Shown here one piece after another: positions 57,116-64,000 of a stretch of 64,000 nucleotides of DNA; positions within the stretch are counted from its first letter, which is position 1; every line of letters begins with the position of its first letter. The notes beneath the pieces were generated by a model, which did not search any database, had not been told where the DNA came from, and saw only the letters and a program-made list of their open reading frames with translations. A program made the translations under genes and the position numbers. Source of the DNA: Anaerolineales bacterium (GTDB lineage Bacteria > Chloroflexota > Anaerolineae > Anaerolineales > UBA11579); NCBI GenBank assembly GCA_035458505.1, contig DATHZS010000073.1, positions 31,165 to 95,164 on the forward strand, in the 5' to 3' direction.

Positions 57116-58555
57116 TTACGCCTGGTTCTCGGCTTTCAGCACATACTCTCGCAAGGCTGTTTTGATTTCCTGTGTCACCGCTTCAACACTATGGTTCGCA
57201 AGGATCTCATCCACTTGTGCTGCGGCCCGCTCTGCCATGGTCGTGGAGCCAGCATCCTGCCAGGCAGAGTAAATCTGCCGGTCAGCCAATTTTGAATAAT
57301 GCGCATCCCTAAAATGGCGGAAGGTATGGTCATGGGAAAGGTAATCACCCTCCGGGCCTAATTCCTCAACAACATCCAGGGCAAGAGTCTCCTCATCCAC
57401 CACGACACCCCGCGTTGCTGCCCTTATCCACCCGAGCAGGTCATTGGAAATCGCGATCAGTTGGAGTGAGCCCTGCAAGCCGGCATCCATGAACCCAAGA
57501 TCGTGGATGATATTCGCGCCATTCAGGAGCGAGAACGTCAGGCCCAGCGCACATTCTGCACCAGCTTGCTGGTCGAGGGCTTTCGAGTCGGTGGAACCGC
57601 CTAACCCAAAAACCGGAAGCTGGTAATACCTCCCCATAGATGCCGCCACACCCTGCTCATCGGGCAGGCAGTAATTCCCGACCATGGTTTGCAGGTTATA
57701 GGGTCCGCCGTTCCAGCCTGGCACGGCAATCGGAGAACCTTCTCGCACCAACTGAGAGAGCACCATGCCCAACAAAGTTCCGGCATTCATGGTCGCCATA
57801 CACCCGGCAGTGGTCGCGGGAGAGTTGACACCCGCGGCGTTCAGAGGAATGTATAACTGAGGCAATCCTTTCTCAGCAAAATAAATGCATTTTTGCAACG
57901 AGTCTTTATTCGCCACCATCCCGCTGGTCACGTTGATATAGCACACCGCAAACGGCCGATCCCGGAAGGCCTCTGCCCCACCAGCCGCGATCTCAGCCAT
58001 CTCCACACATGCCACGGTAGTCTCAAAATCAGGCGTCACAAACACGATCGGTTTCCTGGATCTGGTTAACATGACCTCCATCTGGTACAGGGGATAGACT
58101 GGATCGCTGACATCGGACGGCAAGAACGCTGACATAATGAAATCCACCTCAGGTAAGGCATCCATAACTGTGATGGCATCGATCACATCCTGCAGGACAG
58201 CTCTCCGCCGTTCGTTCGTCCGGTGATCCAGTACATACAGGCAGTCAGATCCTCCTCCAAAGTACGAATTATGCCCCCAGGCCCGGATGGCGGGTGTCCC
58301 CTGCCGATCATACAAGAGGAGCTTTTTAGGAGCAGACGCCAGTGCTTGATTGACCAGGTATTCCGGAATGCGCACCCGCTGACCTTTTGCCTTCGCTCCG
58401 GCCTTGATCAGGATCTGCCGGGCGTTTTCATCATGGACTTCTAAGCCAATCGTTTCCAAAACTTCCACACTGGCCATATGGAGTTTCTCGCACTCCTGCT
58501 GACCAAGGCGGGAATAATGAGCACTGGTCATATTTCTGCCATGAGTTTCGATCAT
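57116..58555 (-). CDS. MttB-family methyltransferase, non-Pyl, paralog 4
   Basis: GQQECEKLHMASVEVLETIGL and LGPEGDYLSHDHTFRHFRDAHYSKLADRQ. AGGA lies 8 nt upstream of ATG 58555. Confidence 0.75.
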   Translation of the reverse strand: MIETHGRNMTSAHYSRLGQQECEKLHMASVEVLETIGLEVHDENARQILIKAGAKAKGQRVRIPEYLVNQALASAPKKLLLYDRQGTPAIRAWGHNSYFGGGSDCLYVLDHRTNERRRAVLQDVIDAITVMDALPEVDFIMSAFLPSDVSDPVYPLYQMEVMLTRSRKPIVFVTPDFETTVACVEMAEIAAGGAEAFRDRPFAVCYINVTSGMVANKDSLQKCIYFAEKGLPQLYIPLNAAGVNSPATTAGCMATMNAGTLLGMVLSQLVREGSPIAVPGWNGGPYNLQTMVGNYCLPDEQGVAASMGRYYQLPVFGLGGSTDSKALDQQAGAECALGLTFSLLNGANIIHDLGFMDAGLQGSLQLIAISNDLLGWIRAATRGVVVDEETLALDVVEELGPEGDYLSHDHTFRHFRDAHYSKLADRQIYSAWQDAGSTTMAERAAAQVDEILANHSVEAVTQEIKTALREYVLKAENQA

Positions 58556-58587
58556 TTTTTATCCTTTCAGGAAATTCTTTGTGTTTT

Positions 58588-58688
58588 TGATATATCAATT
58601 ATATAAATAAATATATTTTATAGTGATTATAGTATTTCATCAAGATTTTTTATCATATCAACAGGTGACTTTTTTATATCATATGATA
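58588..58688. promoter_or_regulatory. Divergent AT-rich control region with palindromes TGATATATCA and TATCATATGATA (candidate GntR operators)
   Basis: 10-bp palindrome at 58588-58597 and 12-bp perfect palindrome at 58677-58688, in the 145-bp gap between divergent MttB paralog 4 and GntR copy 3. Confidence 0.35.
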
Positions 58689-58700
58689 AAATCTCAATAT

Positions 58701-59354
58701 ATGTCCGAGAATACAAAAAACAAGATCTATCAAGAAGTTAGGCGCTCGATCATTATGGGGCAGCACAAAACTGGCACCAGGCTGAACATCGAGGAGATCG
58801 CCAAACGGCACCAAACCAGCGTCACCCCCGTGCGGGATGCACTACAAATGCTCAGCCAGGAAGGGTTGGTCACAATCAGACCGCGCGCTGGCTACTTCAT
58901 CACGAGAATCACACTAAAAGAACTGCGCGATATGTTTGAACTTCGCAATATCCTGGAATTAGCTGCAATTGAACGTTCTGTCGAGCAAATCAGTGAGGAG
59001 CAGATCGCCCAACTACGAAAAATCCATGCCGGGTATACCGGTGATGATGACGAATCTTACGAGCGCTACACCGATGAAAACCAGCGTTTTCATTGTCTGC
59101 TTGCTGAAGCATCAGGCAACCAGGAACTGGCACAACTTATCGGACATTTAATGGATCGCCTGGCCCGTTTTATGGTCTTGCGGCATGCTGGCAAGACTAT
59201 GGAAGCGTCTCATACCCGGATCCTGGAAGCGCTAGAACAACGCGACCGCGATGCCGCCCGTCAGGCACTCATTGAGGATATCGAAGGCACTCAACAGGCG
59301 GCCCTGGATAAAATCATCCAAACCGAGGCCGCCACCTGGCACCTGGAAATTTAA
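58701..59354 (+). CDS. GntR family transcriptional regulator (FCD subfamily), copy 3
   Basis: Winged HTH region (IYQEVRRSIIMGQHKTGTRLNIEEIAKRHQTSVTPVRDALQMLSQEGLVTI) followed by an FCD-like domain. The start is set to ATG 58701. Confidence 0.75.
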   Translation: MSENTKNKIYQEVRRSIIMGQHKTGTRLNIEEIAKRHQTSVTPVRDALQMLSQEGLVTIRPRAGYFITRITLKELRDMFELRNILELAAIERSVEQISEEQIAQLRKIHAGYTGDDDESYERYTDENQRFHCLLAEASGNQELAQLIGHLMDRLARFMVLRHAGKTMEASHTRILEALEQRDRDAARQALIEDIEGTQQAALDKIIQTEAATWHLEI

Positions 59355-59379
59355 TCACAAAATTAAGAGGAGAACGTCT

Positions 59380-60819
59380 GTGAATACCGTAAATGCACTC
59401 GCTTTTCTTGGACCGCAATTTTCGATTTTATCCGATAGCCAACTCGACGATATTCACATGGCAGCGCTCGAAGTGCTCCGGCGCACCGGGATCCGATTTT
59501 TCCATCAGGGTGCTTTGGAGATGTTGAAAGAGGCTGGGGCGTTCATTGCCGACGGGAATCTGGTTAAGATGTCGAGCTCCATGGTAGAAGATGCGATTGC
59601 CACGGTTCCCAGCCGGGTGATTATGTGCGATCGTGAAGGAGAACCAGCAGTGCGGCTGGAAGGCAGACGGGTGAACTTTGGCACCGGCTCTGACTGCATT
59701 AACCTGCTCGATCCGGAGACCGGCGAGCATCGGAAATTCACAACAAAAGATATCCTCGATGCGTATCACCTGTGTGATGCTTTGCCAAACATTCATTTTG
59801 TGATGTCGGTGGGCATCCCCTCAGACGTGCCGCCTGAAACTGCCTATGATGTGCAGATGGCGGCCATGCTGGAACACACCAGCAAACCGATTGTTTTCGT
59901 TGCGGATGACCTCGCCAGCTGCCAGAGGGCAATTGACATGGCTGCCGCAGCAGCTGGTGGGTACGAAGCCCTGCGGGAACAACAGCATATTTTGCTGTAT
60001 TCTGAGCCCAGCTCCCCTTTGCAGCAATCCGAAACAGCTATCGATAAATTGTTGCTCATGGCAGAATACCAGCTGCCAGTTGTCCACTCTCCCGCCCCCC
60101 TGATGGGCGGCACAGGACCAATCACGATGGCCAGCGGTTTGGCGATGTCCGTGGCAGAAATTCTCAGCAGTGTGGTTGTGCACCAGCTTAAGCAGCCCGG
60201 CGCGCCGTACATCTTTGGCGCTGGTCTCCACCACATGGATATGCTAGCCACCCAAATCTGCTATGCATCTCCAGAATTTCAATTGACCAAAGCTGCGATT
60301 GCCCAGTTAGGGCGCATGTACGGCATGCCCACCTGGGGCTATGCCGGCTGCAGCGATGCCAAGGTGATGGACGAACAAGCCGCATTGGAAAGTTTATTGT
60401 CAGTCATGATGGCAAAATTCAGCGGCGGCAACCTGATCCATGACGTCGGGTATATGGAGAGCGGCCTCACTTGCTCATACGAGATGATTGCCCTGACAGA
60501 CGAACTGGTCGCCCTGACAGACCACATGATGAAAGGCATTGAGGTAACCGAAGACTCTTTGATGCTGGATGAGATCCATAAAGTCGGGCCGGGTGGTCAT
60601 TTCCTGAACACTGACCAGACCCTGAACCGTTTCCGTGATTTTTGGTACCCGGATCTGATAGACCGCAGCATCCGCCCCACCTGGCTGAATAATGGAGCCA
60701 CCACACTTGGTCAGCGGTTGAATGCAAAAGTCAAGCAAATCATTAAAGAACACCAACCCGCACCTCTGCCCACAGATAAAAAGAAAAAAATCCAGGAAAT
60801 CCTCGCCCAGGCATCCTAA
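59380..60819 (+). CDS. MttB-family methyltransferase, non-Pyl, paralog 5
   Basis: SDSQLDDIHMAALEVLRRTGI and VGPGGHFLNTDQTLNRFRDFWYPDLIDRS. The start is GTG 59380 with AAGAGGAG 7 nt upstream; the track ORF would overlap the GntR gene. Confidence 0.75.
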   Translation: MNTVNALAFLGPQFSILSDSQLDDIHMAALEVLRRTGIRFFHQGALEMLKEAGAFIADGNLVKMSSSMVEDAIATVPSRVIMCDREGEPAVRLEGRRVNFGTGSDCINLLDPETGEHRKFTTKDILDAYHLCDALPNIHFVMSVGIPSDVPPETAYDVQMAAMLEHTSKPIVFVADDLASCQRAIDMAAAAAGGYEALREQQHILLYSEPSSPLQQSETAIDKLLLMAEYQLPVVHSPAPLMGGTGPITMASGLAMSVAEILSSVVVHQLKQPGAPYIFGAGLHHMDMLATQICYASPEFQLTKAAIAQLGRMYGMPTWGYAGCSDAKVMDEQAALESLLSVMMAKFSGGNLIHDVGYMESGLTCSYEMIALTDELVALTDHMMKGIEVTEDSLMLDEIHKVGPGGHFLNTDQTLNRFRDFWYPDLIDRSIRPTWLNNGATTLGQRLNAKVKQIIKEHQPAPLPTDKKKKIQEILAQAS

Positions 60820-60820
60820 C

Positions 60821-63094
60821 GTGAAATCAGCTTCCGAAATCCGCCCAATTGGGGGAGAGTCAAAACGCCTCGACGCGCACGAAAAAGTGACCGGGGAAGC
60901 CCGGTATGTTGAGGATATCTCGATGCCTGGCTTATGCTATGCCAGGGTATTTCGCTGCCCTCACCATCATGCAAGGCTGATTTCTCTCGATACCCAAAAA
61001 GCATGCGCACAAGCTGGGGTGATTCGGGTCGTCACCGCGGAGGATATTCCGGGAGAAAATGGATTTTCAGAATACAGCAAAGAAGAGCCTCTGCTGGTCT
61101 CCGTTGGAATGGTCGCAAAAATGAAGGGAGCGCCCATTGCACTGGTTGCGGCCGATTCTCCTGAACATGCACGCGCAGGGGCACAGGCAATCAGGGCTGA
61201 TTTTGAGGTTTTACCGCATGTATTTGAAGCTGATGCCGCCTTGTTAGAGGATGGAATGCAAATCTACCCAACTGGGAATATCCTCAATACCTATTCCGTC
61301 GCCCATGGAGATCCCAAGCAAGCTTTTTCCGACTCAGATATCACGATTAAAGCCGAATATCACACCTCCTATCAGGAGCACTCTGCATTGGAACGCGAAT
61401 CAGCATTAGGGTATCTTGATCAGGATGGGAGGGTAACCGTCCTGTCTGGCACCCACGAACCGCATTGGCAACAACACTGGATCGCCAGGACTTTGCAGGT
61501 TGATGCATCACAGGTGCGTTTCATCACCCCCCATATTGGCGGGTCGTTTGGCGGCAAGCAAGACCCCTGGCCGCATATCGCGGTGGGCCTATTGGCCTAC
61601 CTGATAAAAAAACCAGTCCGCCTGATTTTTTCCAGGCCTGAATCTTTCCTGGCATCTCCCAAACGACATCCCTATACGATGGCATACAAAGTCGGGACAA
61701 CCCAGACGGGTATCCTGACCGGTCTTCAGGTGCAAATCAATTGTAATACTGGGGCATATGATGCGGATGGTTTCCACATCCCGGAATATGCGACGGTCGC
61801 TGCCGGCGGCGCTTACCGCTGGCAAGGAGCCGACATCCGGGCACAGAGCATTTACACCAATGGTCCAAAATGCGGGCAATTTCGCGGTTTTGGCACACCC
61901 CAATCAACCTTTGCCCTGGAATGTGCACTGGACGAGCTTGCGCAAAAATTGGAAAAAGATCCAATTAAATTCCGTCTGAAAAACATCATCACCCAAGGGG
62001 AAAACACTTTCCTTGGCTACCCTATCGCCGAATCCCTGGGTTACAGGCAGGTTTTGGAAACACTCGATGCCCCCTATCGACAATTCCAACATGAGGCGAT
62101 GGAGTTCAACCACCAGAACCAGGTGGGTCCGTACCGCAAAGGAGTCGGGGTTGCCGGGATGTGGTACCGTTTCGGAAAATCGGGTTCCCTGCGGGTTGAA
62201 GCGCATGCAGAACTCGCACCAGACGGTCATTTCGTGATCTACTGTTCTGTCCCGGATTATGGCCAGGGCATCAGCACAGTGATGGCTCAGCTCGGTGCCC
62301 AAACACTGGGAGTTTCCAGGGATTTGGTCGAGCTGGTCAATGCAGATACCGGTTTAACACCAGACAGCGGTGTCCAGGGGGCCTCCAGGGCAACCTACTG
62401 GGTTGGCAATGCAGTTGTCCGGGCTGCTAAAACCCTGAAAGAGAATATCTTTGGAAATGTGGCTGAACTATTGGATTGCCATCCAGCTGATCTGTTGATT
62501 TCAGGTAAGCAGATCCTTTCCTCCAGCCAGCCAAACAATCGACTCTCGCTGGAGGAAGTGGCCAGCCAATTTGAGGCATTATCCATACCGCGCAGGGTGG
62601 CAGAATTTTTTGATGCATCTGCCCTCTTTCCACAGGAAACACGCCCCAGATACACCCCGCAATTCGTCACCGGGGCACATTTGGCTGAGGTGTTGGTGGA
62701 TCTTCAAACCGGGGAAGTATGCGTCACACGCTATGTGGCGGTGCATGATGTTGGGAAGGTGATCAACTTACCCGGGGCTGAAGGACAGGTTGAAGGTGCC
62801 GTGATCATGGGGATTGGCGCTGCGCTCAAAGAGGAGTACCTGCCGGATGTTACAACCGGCTTCAGTAACTATATCCTGCCTATGGCCAATGAAATACCAG
62901 AGATAAAAACCATATTTGTCGAAGTACCCAGTTTGCACGGCCCTTTAGGTGCCAAAGGTCTGGGAGAAACCGCGATGCTGCCATCCACACCAGCGGTGAT
63001 CAATGGCGTCTCACGAGCCATCGGAGTACGCATCCGCCAGATTCCCGCAACGCCGGAACGAATCGTTCGGGCGATACTGAACATAGACTCATAA
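60821..63094 (+). CDS. Xanthine dehydrogenase/aldehyde oxidase family molybdopterin-binding large subunit
   Basis: N-terminal a/b-hammerhead (IGGESKRLDAHEKVTGEARYVEDI), GGSFGGK, and C-terminal GAKGLGETAMLPSTPAVINGV containing the catalytic Glu. The start is GTG 60821, 2 nt after the upstream stop. Confidence 0.75.
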   Translation: MKSASEIRPIGGESKRLDAHEKVTGEARYVEDISMPGLCYARVFRCPHHHARLISLDTQKACAQAGVIRVVTAEDIPGENGFSEYSKEEPLLVSVGMVAKMKGAPIALVAADSPEHARAGAQAIRADFEVLPHVFEADAALLEDGMQIYPTGNILNTYSVAHGDPKQAFSDSDITIKAEYHTSYQEHSALERESALGYLDQDGRVTVLSGTHEPHWQQHWIARTLQVDASQVRFITPHIGGSFGGKQDPWPHIAVGLLAYLIKKPVRLIFSRPESFLASPKRHPYTMAYKVGTTQTGILTGLQVQINCNTGAYDADGFHIPEYATVAAGGAYRWQGADIRAQSIYTNGPKCGQFRGFGTPQSTFALECALDELAQKLEKDPIKFRLKNIITQGENTFLGYPIAESLGYRQVLETLDAPYRQFQHEAMEFNHQNQVGPYRKGVGVAGMWYRFGKSGSLRVEAHAELAPDGHFVIYCSVPDYGQGISTVMAQLGAQTLGVSRDLVELVNADTGLTPDSGVQGASRATYWVGNAVVRAAKTLKENIFGNVAELLDCHPADLLISGKQILSSSQPNNRLSLEEVASQFEALSIPRRVAEFFDASALFPQETRPRYTPQFVTGAHLAEVLVDLQTGEVCVTRYVAVHDVGKVINLPGAEGQVEGAVIMGIGAALKEEYLPDVTTGFSNYILPMANEIPEIKTIFVEVPSLHGPLGAKGLGETAMLPSTPAVINGVSRAIGVRIRQIPATPERIVRAILNIDS

Positions 63095-63158
63095 ACGATA
63101 CGATTGGATCTTAGCGATAGGTTCAAGCACATTGGTTTATTTTCGAGGAGGAAAAAAT

Positions 63159-64000
63159 ATGAGACCCCAAATATCTATCCCAACACTGAAACCCAGACTG
63201 CAGATGGTATCTGATGAACAAGTGCGGGAAATTCATTATTCCACACTACAGATCCTGAGCCAGACTGGCATGGAAATGCAGGACCCCCGCGGGCGAGAGC
63301 TGCTGCTCGAGGCCGGCGCGTGGGAATCAAACGGCCGGATTAAGATCCCGGAAAATCTGGTGACCGATTCGATCGACAAAGCCCCTTCCCGAATTCCCAT
63401 GTACGACCGTTTGGGTAATCTGACGATGCCGCTCGAACTTGGCAAGGTCTTCTTTGGCATGGGTTCAGATACGACCTTCACAATCGATCTTGAAACCGGG
63501 AAACGCAGAATGGCGGTTGCAGATGATGTGGAAAACTTTGCCCGACTGGGAGACGCATTGGAGAACATCGACTTCATCATGTCCATGGGAAGCCCCTCGG
63601 ATGTGCCAGCCGAAAACCTCTACCTGCATTCCTTCATCCGAATGCTGCGCGGCTCCGTAAAACCGAATGTATACACCGCAGAAAACCGCAGGGACATGGA
63701 GGATATGTACCGGATTGCCGCTGCAGTGGTGGGAGGAGAACAGACCCTGCGGGAAAAGCCGATCATGCTGCATTACGCCGAACCGATCTCGCCACTGTTC
63801 ATCATTGAAGAATCCCTCCAGAAGATTATCTTCTGCGCGGAGAAAGGCATCCCCAGTGCCTATATCCCATCCCCCAACACCGGCGGAGGTGGGCCAATCA
63901 CCGTAGCTGGTGCAGTCGCATTAGGCAATGCCGAATGCCTGATCGGCTTGATCCTCTCTCAACTCGTGAGGCCGAACGCCCCATACCTGTATGGGATGAA
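63159..64000 (+). CDS. MttB-family methyltransferase, non-Pyl so far, paralog 6 (3' end beyond window)
   Basis: ATG 63159 follows GAGGAGG. My manual translation (MRPQISIPTLKPRLQMVSDEQVREIHYSTLQILSQTGMEM...NIDFIMSMGSPSDV...AEPISPL...) is open to the window end. It is absent from the ORF track because no stop is reached. Confidence 0.7.
   Translation, partial: MRPQISIPTLKPRLQMVSDEQVREIHYSTLQILSQTGMEMQDPRGRELLLEAGAWESNGRIKIPENLVTDSIDKAPSRIPMYDRLGNLTMPLELGKVFFGMGSDTTFTIDLETGKRRMAVADDVENFARLGDALENIDFIMSMGSPSDVPAENLYLHSFIRMLRGSVKPNVYTAENRRDMEDMYRIAAAVVGGEQTLREKPIMLHYAEPISPLFIIEESLQKIIFCAEKGIPSAYIPSPNTGGGGPITVAGAVALGNAECLIGLILSQLVRPNAPYLYGM

Noticed and set aside
39271-64000. Pyrrolysine-dependent methylamine methyltransferases (in-frame amber codon)
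   Set aside because: All five complete MttB-like ORFs run uninterrupted from start to stop, and the partial sixth is open to the window end. No pylT or pylSBCD-like genes were seen. They are therefore treated as non-Pyl MttB-superfamily members.
37014-64000. The methyltransferase island as a mobile genomic island
   Set aside because: No integrase, transposase, tRNA attachment site or flanking direct repeats were found at the visible left border. The right border is outside the window, so mobility cannot be supported.

Overview
The window is a gene-dense bacterial chromosomal segment with moderate GC by eye. I found no rRNA, tRNA, CRISPR array, transposase or integrase. The first ~37 kb holds housekeeping and envelope genes: MscS channel, PadR module, CPBP protease, P5C dehydrogenase, a four-gene envelope-proteostasis operon (HExxH membrane protein, DsbA-like/cyclophilin lipoprotein, PrsW-like protease, DedA), EamA transporter, GerW/DUF1232-like small proteins, PQQ sugar dehydrogenase, acyl-CoA dehydrogenase, a signal-peptide-less metzincin-like protein, a MalT/LuxR regulator with a PEP-utilising phosphotransferase and MFS pump, alanine aminotransferase plus alanine racemase, a Liv-type ABC transporter and a secreted EEP nuclease/phosphatase. 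From ~37.6 kb to the window end lies the standout: a ~26 kb corrinoid-dependent methyl-transfer island. It has six divergent non-pyrrolysine MttB-family methyltransferase paralogs, two corrinoid proteins, one pterin-binding methyl-THF methyltransferase, one RACo-type reductive activator and a MetV-MetF fusion. It also has three GntR/FCD regulators, a DUF1638 protein and an MFS transporter. Less expected partners are two hydantoinase-A-like ASKHA paralogs, a Cys/Met-family PLP enzyme and a lone xanthine-dehydrogenase-family molybdopterin subunit between two MttB genes. All functional calls come from motif reading of the translations; none is confirmed by a database search.
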